Positions 1-12,805 of a stretch of 64,000 bases of DNA are shown one piece after another. The DNA lies in assembly GCF_023055435.1 (NCBI RefSeq), contig NW_025963802.1, positions 35,030,001-35,094,000 on the forward strand. Reading direction: 5' to 3'. Within the stretch, counting starts at the first letter, position 1. Every line of letters begins with the position of its first letter. The notes beneath the pieces are model-generated. The model made no database searches. It was not told the DNA's origin and worked only from the letters and a program-made list of their open reading frames with translations. The stretch is from Haliotis rufescens. Its lineage: Eukaryota. Made by a program: the position numbers and the translations under genes.

Positions 1-792
1 TTAGATCTACTAAATATAATATAAATATTAAACGTTAACGCTAGAGAATAATCAGTGAGTGACTCTTTAAAGGGGGCCTCCACTTGGATCAAAAGGCATT
101 TCTTACACGTTTGGTTCAAGTCATTCCTGATTAGTCCTACTATAAAGACGGCATCATGATTAGATCTACTAAATATAATATAAATATTAAACGTTAACGC
201 TAGAGAATAATCAGTGAGTGACTCTTTAAAGGAGGCCTCCACTTGGATCAAAAGGCATTTCTTACACGTTTGGTTCAAGTCATTCCTGATTAGTCCTACT
301 ATAAAGACGGCATCATGATTAGATCTACTAAATATAATATAAATATTAAACGTTAACGCTAGAGAATAATCAGTGAGTGACTCTTTAAAGGGGGCCTCCA
401 CTTGGATCAAAAGGCATTTCTTACACGTTTGGTTCAAGTCATTCCTGATTAGTCCTACTAGAAGACGGCATCATGATTAGATCTACTAAATATAATATAA
501 ATATTAAACGTTAACGCTAGAGAATAATCAGTGAGTGACTCTTTAAAGGGGGCCTCCACTTGGATCAAAAGGCATTTCTTACACGTTTGGTTCAAGTCAT
601 TCCTGATTAGTCCTACTAGAAGACGGCATCATGATTAGATCTACTAAATATAATATAAATATTAAACGTTAACGCTAGAGAATAATCAGTGAGTGACTCT
701 TTAAAGGAGGCCTCCACTTGGATCAAAAGGCATTTCTTACACGTTTGGTTCAAGTCATTCCTGATTAGTCCTACTAGAAGACGGCATTATGA
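1..792. repeat. 158/159-bp tandem repeat, about 5 copies, truncated at the window edge
   Basis: Unit start ttagatctac at 1, 160, 319, 477, 635. Confidence 0.95.
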
Positions 793-794
793 AT

Positions 795-950
795 CGCCCT
801 GCCGAAACAGATTCCATGGGGCGTAAAAGCAAAACAGTGGTGAAAAGAACATATATGTATATAAATGGATCACAGAAGTCAGTGATGTCACCAGGTGTTC
901 GCGAAAAGGGTAAGCATGTCCTGCTCTACCGATAGCACCCGCCACTGACG
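795..950 (-). mobile_element. 3' end module of a Penelope-like (Naiad/Chlamys-type) retroelement
   Basis: Reverse complement of the GGGTGC...CTTACCC...GAACACCTGGTG module that follows the RT ORF at 40547-40894. Confidence 0.6.
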
Positions 951-1429
951 TTGTTTGCGTAAAAGAGTAAGTGTTTGTTTACTGAACATAAATTGCATGG
1001 CGTGTCTGTATATGCTACTGAGCAAGGGAAATGAGCACTGACTGCTTCGTTAATTGCACTGACAACAAAATACTCGCTGGTTATAAAAAAATTATTCTAA
1101 AGGAAAATACCCCCATGGATAACCTTATAAAGTGATAAAGTCAAACAGACATTTTTACGATTAATTACTGCAAAACTGACAGTTCTTAGATAACAATTCA
1201 CAATTTATAACAACCCACATTTTGCTACATATTCAAAGTGGATATTCAACTTGTGATGCTATAAATACACAACATTTAATGTTATAAAAATAATTTTAAA
1301 TGTTCATATGGTTTGATACCTATTGCTTCTGACAGGTCAGTACTGGATAACTGAAAATCCACTTGAATATCTCATTCCAAACCTGTTATGCCATGTTGGT
1401 CTGCCCTCAACAAGCTTAATTCATTTATT

Positions 1430-1640
1430 TTTTGTTTGTCACCACACACATCAATATTCCAGCCATACGACGACTGTCTGTACATAATCGAGTCTGGACC
1501 AAACAATCCAGTGATTGATATCTTAAGCACAAATGCATGCCGTCGGGGTACAGAAACACGCGTTCAACCAAGTCACCGAGCCTGACCACTCGCTCCATTT
1601 AGTCGCCTCTTACGACCAGACGTAGTTCCAATTCTAATCC
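1430..1640 (-). mobile_element. Degenerate copy of non-tRNA SINE family D
   Basis: taatcgagtctggacc...ttagtcgcctcttacga matches 42382-42653. Confidence 0.7.
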
Positions 1641-1669
1641 AAAAACCAAAGCGCTCATATTGTACCCAC

Positions 1670-1748
1670 CTCCCCATTTTGTGGGCCAGAGGACCAAATA
1701 TATTGGTACCAATGAGATAGGACAAGCTTGCTGGTAAGAAGGCCACCC
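1670..1748 (-). CDS. Vmat: VMAT coding exon 9, 79 nt (not in the ORF track)
   Basis: [26 protein letters not shown](R); acceptor ctgttacag|, donor GAG|GTGGGT. Confidence 0.94.
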
Positions 1749-2044
1749 CTGTAACAGAAAATCAGTTGAAAATTATTCTGAAAATGTGGAAAAATATTAA
1801 TATTTTGCACAGTTCCATTTTATTATCACAACATTTAATATGGTTGATAACGAAGGGGTGGTTTAACCTTCCTATCCTTAATCTGACAAAACGGTGAAAG
1901 AACTGCAAAATACGATAACACATCAGTTCATTATTCTCTCAACCTAATAAATAACAATGGGGCCTTTAAAACCTCTGAATTCTGATTGATGAAACTCGAG
2001 CAGTGATGCATCACTTGCAAGTTATTTGCTGCTAATGCGTTTAA

Positions 2045-2308
2045 GTGAGTGAGTAAGTGAGTGAGTTGGGTTTAACACCACTTCTAACTGTATTCCAGTA
2101 TATCAAGGCGTGTCAGATTAATTTGGGAGGAAAGCCCGAAGTGATGCAGGTCTCAGACGTGAAACCCACGAGCACGGGTATGGTGCTGAAAAACCTAGAA
2201 ACATAATCGGGGCGAACCTGGATTCGAACCCACAATCAGAGGTTTCTGGGACGCAACTCTGCACAGCGAATCGCGGCGCCTTTGACGACTGGACCACCTG
2301 TGCCCCCC
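2045..2308 (-). mobile_element. tRNA-derived SINE family B (V-SINE/RUDI-like)
   Basis: Matches 39934-40211; B box GGTTCGAATCC; (ACTC)n tail. Confidence 0.85.
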
Positions 2309-2337
2309 GTTATGAGTTTAAGCCACAGTTAACCTAC

Positions 2338-2433
2338 CCTGTTGCCATTCCTTGGCACCCATGGTTTCGTACATCCAGATTGGCAGGGATGGTTCCATCA
2401 TGGCGATACCCATGTTGGCGAACGTGATGGATC
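2338..2433 (-). CDS. Vmat: VMAT coding exon 8, 96 nt (not in the ORF track)
   Basis: [32 protein letters not shown](G); acceptor gcttcag|, donor AGG|GTAGGT. Confidence 0.94.
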
Positions 2434-3406
2434 CTGAAGCGATAACCATAAAGCGATGACGTAAAATATAATTGTTTGATTAGACTTTCTCATTCTTTGT
2501 GAAGCATAAACAGCAACAAAGTCGTTGGTCATGTGGGTTTTTTTAAATATTTATGCTTGCAATAATGGACATAAACACCTTCTAGAATTACAAAATATTT
2601 CAATTTCAATTTGGCTTCGCGACACGACACGCCATGACAAGCACATATGCTATGCGTCAGTATTGAATGCATCTCTTTTAGAGAACTTCGCTAACCATCC
2701 GATTGATGGAAGTCTTAGTGGATGAACTGATTCAATATATATTCCCACATGACATCCATTGAACAATGCCGCCCACATTCAATAGCCACACTACCCATCC
2801 AATCCCCAAGACAGTGGAATCTTAAACGCTAAGAACATCCCCCGAACCAAACCATACCGAGATTATTACCCAAGCATGTGTGTTATTCAGCGACAGTGTC
2901 ACAATGGATGTGGCGTCAGTACACAGTAACGTCACAAAATGTGTCTCTTTACGTCAACATTGCTGTAGGATGCGCGAAGCTTTATTAACTCTCTTCTCTT
3001 GTCCCATTCGGACTATCAGCATTAACTGTTCCTGCAGTGTTTGTTGTTTGTTTGTTTGTTTTCAAAGCCGGACTCGGCAATATTCCAGCTACATGATGGC
3101 GGCCCGTACATAATCGAGTCTGGACCATACAATCCAATGATTGATGTTATAAGTAACGATCAACGTCGTCGAGGTACGATAACTTGACAATAAAGCAACA
3201 AAATCCTTTGCATATCCAATAGAAATCTCTGCATAAAACAGAGTCGATTGTACGATTCCGACTATATCACGAGTATGTGTTTATGAATCACTGTCACATA
3301 GTGATGTTACGAATATTCGCGAAACCAGTCCTCGATCCCTTGATGTAGAATCGCATCCTACGACCAGCATTGATGCTAGGGACTAATTTTAACCCCAAAT
3401 CCTCAC

Positions 3407-3508
3407 CTGCAGCCAGAAGGATGTAGGGATCCTTGAGGAGGTTCTTCAGAGAGGATCCTTCCTGCGACTCCGGCTTGACGGATGGCTGAAGAACCAGAAG
3501 CTGCAGAC
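3407..3508 (-). CDS. Vmat: VMAT coding exon 7, 102 nt
   Basis: (C)[33 protein letters not shown](G); acceptor ttgtag|, donor CAG|GTGAGG. Confidence 0.94.
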
Positions 3509-3761
3509 CTACAATGAAATCAGCATTACACAACACTGAATGAAAACACAAGACTCAAGATATCCCTTCAACTGAATTTCGCACCGAAATAAGAATTTCC
3601 ATCTTTCACATTTAATATTCCTGGTAACTTTTCCTAGTATTGTCTGGAACGAATTATGTTTAAGCATAGCAAGTCCCAACAATTACAGGCAAGAGTTATA
3701 GTAATTATACACCCGGATCGATCAATTAAATAACCTTTCTTAGCTTTGGATCAGGAACTGA

Positions 3762-3927
3762 GTGAGTGAGTGAGTATGGTTTTACGCCGCTTTTAGCAAT
3801 ATTCCAGCAATATCACGGCGGGGGACACAGGAAATGGGCTTCACACATTGTTCCCATGTTGGGAATCGAACCCGGGTCTTCGGCGTGACGAGCGAACGCT
3901 TTAACCACTGGGCTACCCGACCGCCCC
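3762..3927 (-). mobile_element. tRNA-derived SINE family A, full length, 14-bp TSD
   Basis: A box (TAGCCCAGTGG here; TAGCCTAGTGG in other copies), B box GGTTCGATTCC; TSD ggatcaggaactga at 3748-3761 and 3928-3941. Confidence 0.92.
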
Positions 3928-4367
3928 GGATCAGGAACTGAAAAACTACACTGACACAGATATATCTTTAGAGTGGAACAGAATAGTGACATATCAATAC
4001 ATTCGTTAGACCGTGTCTACATAAAAACTGCATTGTTTCTGTTGCTATAGAAGATTTGCGGGTAATCTTACACTTTGTGACAGATTCTAGAAGAATTCTT
4101 TCCCAGCTTATTTTATGAGTGAAGATTAGGATTTTTATTCGAAGGATTCTTGGTGATTTTAACTATATTTCAACATTTTTCTTTCTGTTCATTATATACA
4201 TTACTTACTTGTCAGAATTATTTTGTTCGATCAATTGAATCAAGGTCCCTATCTACAGCATTATTGTTTCAACAACTCAAATCACTTCTCCAAAGATAAA
4301 CTGAATGCTCCTGCTGTATTGGCGGTATACACGATGGCATAGGGAAAGGAAGATGAAGGGTACGTAC

Positions 4368-4457
4368 ATCCGTCAAGGAGGGCTAGAGCAGCAAGGATGA
4401 GGAAGGGGACCGCCTTCCCCGTGAACTCGTACATCACTCCGCCAAAGGGGGGCCCAA
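4368..4457 (-). CDS. Vmat: VMAT coding exon 6, 90 nt
   Basis: [30 protein letters not shown]; acceptor gtttacag|, donor GAT|GTACGT. Confidence 0.94.
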
Positions 4458-4674
4458 CTGTAAACATACAACACGCTTGTATCTTTGTACAAGACACCTG
4501 GCATACGAGACAATAACCGGCGTCAGTCAGAACATATACCTGATAACGGAACAATTATATTTTACTGTTGAAGCATGTTTTAAATCGTTTATAAATCGTT
4601 TAACACACAAGAAGAAATACCTGAAACTGGAACCATTTTATTTTGCTGTTTTGGAATTTTGTAAATCTAAAGGT

Positions 4675-4677
<3 letters not shown>

Positions 4678-4724
<47 letters not shown>

Positions 4725-4860
4725 AGACAATTCATATTGCGCACACCACTCAAAGCGCTATTATTACCCCGGTCATTCAAGAATCATTCTCCGCTCCCTG
4801 GGGAGTATACAACCCAAGCTGCCTTTTAGGCGCTAGAAGGTTAACAACCAGAGTCACTTT
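4678..4860 (-). mobile_element. SINE/LINE 3' end with an L2-like tail and (TAA)n microsatellite; related fragment at about 11155-11230
   Basis: gcgctattattaccc(c)ggtca...ctccctggggagtatac shared between the two loci; (tta)n at 4678-4722. Confidence 0.55.
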
Positions 4861-5092
4861 TCGAACAGTGTAACACACAAGATGCTCACCGAGAACCGTA
4901 ATTTCACAAACTGATTCTAAATTACGGGGAGTGAGCAAATGTTTGACCCGAATGTCCGTCGGCAGATCGCCGTGAGTATGAACAACTCTGAAACCAGTAC
5001 AGAAAACAACGGTGCTGCTCCGTCTGTCCTGTGGAGCCGGTGGACGTAGTCTGGTGACCATGGACACACAAACAGATGGCGATATGACTTAC

Positions 5093-5185
5093 CAAGAACC
5101 CCCATGGCCAACCCTCCAAGCGCTATGCCCATGGCGTTCCCCCTCTCCTTGTCATCCGGGTATCTGTCTGCCAGCATCCCCATGC
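5093..5185 (-). CDS. Vmat: VMAT coding exon 5, 93 nt
   Basis: [31 protein letters not shown]; acceptor gtttcag|, donor TG|GTAAGT. Confidence 0.95.
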
Positions 5186-5759
5186 CTGAAACAACATCAG
5201 CACCTTCGTCAAAGTGTTTACAACATCTCATACTGTATGAATATTATAACAGCTACAATAGCATATTACAAGCTTATGAGGGCATGGTTGGACTGGACAC
5301 ATCGGCTAAGCCGCAGCTACTCGCTGTGCAGAGTTGCGCCCCTTACGTTTCACAGACACTGTGATCGTGGTTCGAATCCCGGTTCGCTCTGATATGCTTC
5401 TAGACCCGTCAGCACCACACCTGCGCTCGTAGGTTTCCCCAAAGTTGTTAATGTCAAAAATTGGCATCACTTCGGGTTTTCCTCCCGCAACCTGTCATTG
5501 ACACAAGGGCCAAAGGCTGAGTTCTTGCACATGTTTCTCATAACTGTTTAACTAAATATATGTGTGTGTCAGTGAAAGACCTAGAAGCGTGTATTTGTGA
5601 CAAAAATACATTCGAGATCTTCGATGCGTTCTAATTCCAAAACCCACACGTACAAACCTCAGGGCCGGAATGTCCCTTCTGCAAGATGCTTTTATTCCTC
5701 TCAACGTCTTTGTTCATTTACACAAACCGAGCACACACTCTGCACTTCACTCTCTATTC

Positions 5760-6850
5760 CTCTCATCATTTATTTGCTCTCTCCCTCCCCACGCATTATT
5801 CACCCTTCTATCTTCCTGCCTTTCCTTATTTCCTCTCTACTCTATATCAGTCCTCCATGCCTCTCTAGTTTCTCTCACTATCCCCCTCATCTCTCAGCTC
5901 TTCTCTCTATCCCCTCATCTCTCAGCTCTTCTCTCTATCCCCTCATCTCTCAGCTCTTCTCTCTATCCCTCATCTCTCAGCTCTACTCTCTATCCCCTCA
6001 TCTCTCAGCTCTTCTCTCTATCCCTCATCTATCAGCTTTTCTCTCTATCCCCTCATCTCTCATCTCTTCTCTCTATCCCTTTATCTCTCAGCTCTTCTCT
6101 CTATCCCCTCATCTCTCAGCTCTTCCCTTTATCCCCTCATCTCTCAGCTCTTCTTTCTATCCCATCATCTCTCAGCTCTTCTCTCTGTCCCCTCATCTCT
6201 CAGCTCTTCTCTTTATCCCCTCATCTCTCAGCTCTTCTCTCTATCCCCTCATCTCTCATCTCTTCTCTCTATCCCTTTATCTCTCAGCTCTTCTCTCTAT
6301 CCCCTCATCTCTCAGCTCTTCCCTTTATCCCCTCATCTCTCAGCTCTTCTTTCTATCCCATCATCTCTCAGCTCTTCTCTCTGTCCCCTCATCTCTCAGC
6401 TCTTCTCTTTATCCCCTCATCTCTCAGCTCTTCTCTCTATCCCCTCATCTCTCAGCTCTTCACTCTATCCCTCATCTCTCAGCTCCTTTCATCATCCCCA
6501 TCACCTCTCAACTCTTGTCACAATCTCCCAGCAACAGCTCAGATTTTCTCACTATCCCCAACAGTTTTTCATACTACCCCCGCAGGCCCTGAGCTCTTCT
6601 CACGATCCCCTCACATCCCCAGCTCTTCTTGCTATCTTCCCCTATCCACTTCTCTCCCTGTCACCCTCACTTCTCTCCCTATCACCCTCACGCCCTGAGC
6701 TCTTCTCACTGGCACCCCTTCCCCCTCTCACATCCCCAGCTCTCCCTGCTATCTTCCCCTACCCCCATATCTCCTTACTCAATCCCCCCCCCCCCCCCCC
6801 CATCCGAAATCCTCCCTCTATCTTACCCTCACCCCCTTCACCCCTTTTCC
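5760..6850. repeat. Pyrimidine-rich ~28-bp minisatellite (tatcccctcatctctcagctcttctctc)
   Basis: Direct inspection; explains the S/L/P-rich ORFs at 5597-6698. Confidence 0.95.
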
Positions 6851-7929
6851 TTGCTCCCCTCTCATGTTAAACGGAGACCCTGATGCCGTGATCTGATTGT
6901 AACACGCCGTATGGCTGGCTCACAGCCCATCGATTCTTTGCCCTTTTCTGAATAGCAAGCGGCATTTCTTGATTGAATCTGATGCGCATGACTACACAGA
7001 ATAATTGTGAAGTAATCAAAAATCAGAATTGCATATGCCTGTCTGTGAAGGGTTTGTGTTTGGTGACACCGGCCCTCAGAAATAATGGAATATATTCAAA
7101 GGATGTATTGATAACGCCAAATCACTGTAAACCCTGCTCGGTAGACGTGAAACTGCGAGAACGGAGAATAATGGCCTGAATTGCCCCTGCAATTGGCCCG
7201 CGCCATAACAACTACTCGGCAGGGCCCCTGTGGAAGTCCAAGTGGTCTTCAGAACAAACAGCCGTTGGACGCCAGCGTCAACGTTATTTCTAGACGGTCT
7301 ACTTTCAATGTTAATTCATTTGCTAATTTCTTCTCAACCTTCCCACATTTCCTTGCTTTGAGATATTGCATCGTGACCTCTTAACAAATTTTATACTCAC
7401 CTGGGTACATATGAACATTTCTAAAATTCACCTTAAAATGAAACCCAGAAAATTACATCGAGTTATAATACACCAAGATTCTCTGAGATTTCCGAGAACA
7501 AAATTAATAACATACAGAGCTACGTTGGACCCCCGTTTTCCCTTTTATTCCATATATTAGGTATGTTATGAAAACGACAAATGGTAACGGTTCTTGTCTT
7601 CGGCGAAATAAGAATCACCCTATCATTCTCATTCAATGATTAGTATCTCTTACAGCATCTTCGTCCTGATCAATACTAAAGCCATCCCTTGATCAGTATC
7701 TGCCATTTACGTCATCGTGATCCATATGCTCGTAATGACTGTCATCGTGATTAATATTCCGATCGCCGTGGTCGATGTCCGTGTCGCCACTGCCACCATT
7801 ATCACTGTTGCTATCCAATTCTTTGTGATCAGGATTTTTAATTCAACGCTTCACTTTCATCACGACCAGCACCTTTGTCGTCACTGTCGCATCGGCAATA
7901 GCTTTGGTATTGGTATTGTGATTAATACA

Positions 7930-8820
7930 TTTGTCAACTTTATCGAGAACTTTACACATTTCATCGTCGTCATCGAGATCATTACATACACCATTGTCGT
8001 CATCGAGAACATTACATCCGTCATCATCGTCATCGAGAACATAACATATGTCATCGTCATCATCGGGAACATTACATTTATCATTTTTGTCATAGAGAAC
8101 ATTAATATTACATATGTCATCACCATAATCGTAGAGAACATTAATTTTCATTTTCATCATCGTCATTAGAATATTACATTTGTTTAATCGACATAGAAAC
8201 CATTTCATATGTCATCATCGTCATCGGGAACATTACATATGACATCGTCATCATCGTCATCATCGACAATTTTACATATGTCATCATCGTTACCGTGAAC
8301 ATTACATTTGTCATTATCATTTTTCATCGCCGTCATCATGAATATTAAAAGTTATCATCGTCATCGAAACCATTTCATATGTCATTTTCATGATTGAGAA
8401 CATTTCATATGTCATCATTGTCATCGAGAACATTACATTTGTCATCATCGTCATTGAGGACACTACATTTGTCATCGTCGTCATCGAGAACATTACATTT
8501 GTCATCATCATCATCATCGAGAACCAAACATTTGTCATCGTCGTCATTGAGAACATAACATTTGTCATCATCGTCATCGAAACCATTTCATATGTCATTT
8601 TCATGATTTTGAACATTTCATATGTCTTCGTCGTCATCGAGAACATTACATTTGTCATCGTCGTCATCGAGAACATTTCATTTGTCATCATCGTCATTGA
8701 GAACATTATTTTGTCATCGTCGTCAATGAGAACGTGACATTTGTCATCGTTATCATCGAGAACATTACATTTGTCATCGTTATCATCGAGAACATTACAT
8801 TTGTCATCGTCGTCATCGTG
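7930..8820. repeat. ~30-bp degenerate minisatellite (gtcatcatcgtcatcgagaacattacattt)
   Basis: Direct inspection; explains the IENIT and MMT repeat ORFs. Confidence 0.92.
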
Positions 8821-8959
8821 CTCAATTATGTTATTGATGTCTTTGATGTGTGTAACACCATTGTCATTATCGGAGCCTGTCGTTGGTTCTGAACAACATA
8901 TCTTCTACGTAAATGTAAAATAATGAGGAATGATTACACAGTAAGTTTCAGTTTCATAT

Positions 8960-9180
8960 TAAAGAAACGGTTCATATGAAGTAACGATTCATATAAAAAG
9001 TAATGATTCATAATCAAGAAGTGATTCATACTAAAGTAGTGATTCATATTAAAGTAATTATTCACATTAAAGTTATCATTCATATTTATTACAGATTCAT
9101 ATGAAAGTACTGATTCATATGAAAGTAGTGATGCATATTAATATAAGGATTCACATTAACGTAATGCTTCATATTAAAAT
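8960..9180. repeat. ~18-19-bp AT-rich minisatellite (gattcatattaaagtaat)
   Basis: Direct inspection. Confidence 0.8.
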
Positions 9181-10456
9181 AATGCTGTAATCATGACTGT
9201 AATTTCATATTGCTACCCGATATTGTTTAGGGAAGCAAATCAATGAGACTTCTACATAAGCAAATAGTAATTAATTTTGGTCTTCACGGTAGGTTCGAAA
9301 TATTGTTTGACGTAATATATTCAAATGTCACGAAATAGACGCATGATATTTAATTAAGACATTTCTGTCGTTGTGTTTGTCATATAGCTAGGCCATTCTG
9401 GGCACTTGTCCCATCTGCAAATGTCAATGCTGTTTTAAGATACTGTTTGTTCAAGACATCGTCATAAACTATTTCCGGTCACATATGTCCCGCACCAACA
9501 GACAACGGGATCCATTTATTGGTCAATAAAGTATTCGGTGGTTACTCCTGAATAATTCACGTCTAGAAAGTCTAACCGAAAAAGACGCCAACAGTTCCTA
9601 CCAAAGGGAGATAAATACCGATATTGATTTACCCATGTTCTATGCGACTACTCAAGAACCCCGCTTCGGTCTCACACTACTTCCGGTTACTTCTTTGACG
9701 AAAGGTCAGAGTGACAGATCTGGATTAAAAGGATTTATTTACGCTGGGATTAAAATCTTCCCGTCGACTATGTACGAATCGAGTGTATGGAGTAGGCTTG
9801 CGTTAAAAGCCATCTTGTAAGGAGGCCCCGGTAGGCTTCGTGAAAAGACAAATTAACAGCTTTAGACGTCTGTGTATGACCAGGAATGGACGATAGAAAT
9901 GACATGACGAAGGTCACCTCTAGAGACATTCAATTATGGCGTCTATTACTCTCATTCCTTTTCATCGTCCCCAAAAATAAAGATGGACTCTTTTTTATCG
10001 TGATTGAGCCATCTATTTGTATCGTGAGCTTCACCACCCCTTGGCCTAAAGTTTAACCATTGAGCCCGGGCTTGACTCCAGTACTTGGTAAGATGGCGTA
10101 TTTTGTCTTTGATAATGATGACGCTACCTCGTCAAACTTGTAACAACTTCTTATATCGTTCTGATGGGGTGTTGTGTTTTATGAAAGATGGTCGGTCTCA
10201 GACAGTAGATATTTAGATGTTACACTTGTGCTTTTGTATGTATAGATCTATGTAAATATAAAACGTCACTGCCAGAGAATAATCAGTCTCGGACTATCTG
10301 CAGAAACAGATTCTATAGGCAAAATAGTGGAGTCCTATATGAATGGATCACTGTAATGGCAACCAGTGCCTTACTTTCAAAAATACAAATAAGAAATATA
10401 AAGGTTTGCTACGAATATATATCTATACTTTCAATTAATATGAACACTTTTTTACC

Positions 10457-10780
10457 TAGCGTCCGCCCGGAGAGCGGAATGTCCGGGGTTCGATCCCCGG
10501 TCGCGTCATACCAAAAGACGTTAAAAGATGGTACTTGTTGTTACCCTGTCTAGCGCTCTGCATTAAGGGGCTAAAACAATGACTGGTGGGCTCGGAGTCA
10601 GTATACTGTGTTTGAGTGGGGTATTCGTGTTAAACTGCGGCATGGTATCTCATTGGGCTAGCACTATAAGTCGGCATCAGTCCGGACTAGTACAAGCAGC
10701 CACACCCACGTGCATGCACATAAGTGCAATAATCTTGGACGCGACGTTAAACCCTATTTCACCTCATCTCATTTTTACCT
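10457..10780 (+). mobile_element. tRNA-derived SINE family C (Meta-domain-like)
   Basis: GGTTCGATCCC B box followed by gtcataccaaaagacgttaaaagatggtac; copies at 22575, 49706, 60107, 60385, 63160. Confidence 0.85.
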
Positions 10781-10945
10781 TCAGGAATATGTCAGTCTGA
10801 CTTTTGACTCAACATATGCCAAGTAAAGACTTAACTCACGAGAGTAACACATTATTAGATTCAAAATGCTGTCGTGACCTTGGTCAAGTTCCCTTTTTTG
10901 TTCTTGGGCATGGCTATACTACAGACAGAGGCAGAGTATACTCAC

Positions 10946-11029
10946 CGGCGACACTGGAACACGAGGACCCTATTCCCTGTACAGTTCGAGCTATAAACAA
11001 CACGGTGTAACTCTGTCCAAAGGCAAAAA
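10946..11029 (-). CDS. Vmat: VMAT coding exon 4, 84 nt
   Basis: (I)[27 protein letters not shown](G); acceptor tttcatttcag|, donor CG|GTGAGT. Confidence 0.94.
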
Positions 11030-11499
11030 CTGAAATGAAAGAGTGTATGAAATAGAAGGGCACTACACAGATCTACAATTATCTCAATCATACATATAAA
11101 AATAATAAGTGCATTAATAATGCGCCAGATTCCATTCACCAAGAAGATGCTCATAACGCTACGCTATTATTACCCGGTCAATGGATCAGTGAGCACTCGA
11201 TTTTCATTCTCAGCTCCCTGGGGAGTATACACATATCAGTATGAGTAAATGAATATTTAATGCCACAGTGGCACTATCCCAGCTATATCACGGCAGCGGG
11301 TAACAATCAAGTCTGGGTCAGACAACCCAGTGACTGAAAGCATGAGCAACAATCGACCAGGGAATGATGACGCGCAAGTCACCGAGCCTGACCATCCGAT
11401 CACCTTTAAAGGGCGCGATAGGTAAAGGCTACTTCCCCGTGGTATCGACGGGTAAGCATATATGTAAGTCTCACGTTCATAGCGATGACCTCATATAGC

Positions 11500-11662
11500 T
11501 GAGTGAGTGAGTTAGGCTTCCCCCAGCTTTAGTAATATTCCATCTATATCAAGGAGGGAAACACCAGAAATGGGTTTTATAAATTGTACCAATGAGTTGA
11601 TTCGAACCCGGGCCTTCGGCACAACAAGCGAACGGATTAACCACACGGCTACTCCACTGCCC
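11500..11662 (-). mobile_element. Older SINE family A copy
   Basis: Diverged match to 3762-3927. Confidence 0.75.
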
Positions 11663-11870
11663 TGATGTCACATGGCAATGAGTGAATGAAGGATACAATC
11701 TGCTATGAACTGAGACCATGCCTGAAGAAGTGTAATGTTATTTACACAATTATGAAACATTAAATTGTAACTCCCGTTTAATATTAAAAAAAAAAACATT
11801 ACGCCACTATGAAACTCTTGAAGTTAAAACATATAGGTTTCAATAGTTGCAAGTGTCATGACGACGTGAA

Positions 11871-12805
11871 CTCCAATATTTACAAATAGTTGATACTATC
11901 ATGGTAATGTGTACTAGAATACTTACTAATAGTTGATACTATCATTGCAATGTATACTCGAATACTTACTAATAGTTGATACTGACATGGCAATGTATAC
12001 TCGAATACTTACTAACAGTTGATACTATCATGGCAATGTATACTCGAATACTTACTAATAGTTGATACTGACATGGCAATGTATACTCGAATACTTACTA
12101 ATAGTTGATACTATCATGGCAATGTATACTCGAATACTTACTAATAGTTGATACTGACATGGCAATGTATACTCGAATACTTACTAATAGTTGATACTGA
12201 CATGGCAGTGTGTATTCGAATACTTACTAATAGTTCATACTGACATGGCAGTGTGTACTCGAATACTTACTAATAGTTCATACTGATATGGCAATGTATA
12301 CTCGAATACTTACTAATAGTTGATACTATCATTGCAATGTATACTCGAATACTTACTAATAGTTGATACTGACATGGCAATGTGTACTCGAATTCTTACT
12401 AATAGTTGATACTGACATGGCAATGTATACTCGAATTCTTACTAATAGTTCATACTGACATGGCAATGTATACTCGAATACTTTCTAATAGTTGATACTG
12501 ACATGGCAATGTGTACTCGAATACTTACTAATAGTTGATACTGACATGGCAGTGTGTACTCGAATACTTACTAATAGTTGATATTGACATGGCAATGTAT
12601 ACTCGAATACTTACTAATAGTTGATACTATCATTGCAATGTATACTCGAATACTTACTAATAGTTGATACTGACATGGCAATGTATACTCGAATACTTAC
12701 TAATAGTTGATACTAACATGGCAATGTATACTCGAATACTTACTAATAGTTGATACTGACATGGCAATGTGTACTCGAATACTTACTAATAGTTGACACT
12801 GTCAT
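11871..12805. repeat. 43-bp minisatellite, about 21.7 units, overlapping the VMAT exon 3 donor
   Basis: Unit gaatacttactaatagttgatactgacatggcaatgtatactc; exact 43-bp spacing from 11921 to 12781. Confidence 0.97.

Noticed and set aside
120-810. Hammerhead-like ctgattagtc...gac in the 159-bp unit, and ctgaaga...gaaac at about 11722-11760
   Set aside because: Core is broken (CUGAUUA, GAAA missing or displaced) and stems I/III cannot be formed.
950-1660. Next VMAT exon (expected to start with W after MGR)
   Set aside because: No matching phase-2 exon found; it probably lies left of the window.
3762-3927. tRNA gene (GTC anticodon-like)
   Set aside because: No acceptor stem closure, has a SINE body, tail and TSD, and occurs in more than 10 copies.
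5597-6698. 331-aa and 342-aa ORFs
   Set aside because: Translations of a stop-poor CT-rich minisatellite, open in several frames, inside a VMAT intron.
7717-8923. Asp-rich and IENIT-repeat ORFs resembling shell-matrix or surface proteins
   Set aside because: Products of a 30-bp intronic minisatellite; interrupted, with no splice or signal-peptide support.
11871-12805. CRISPR-like regular repeat (also considered for the 41-bp and 44/51-bp arrays)
   Set aside because: Head-to-tail units with no unique spacers, no cas genes, eukaryotic context.
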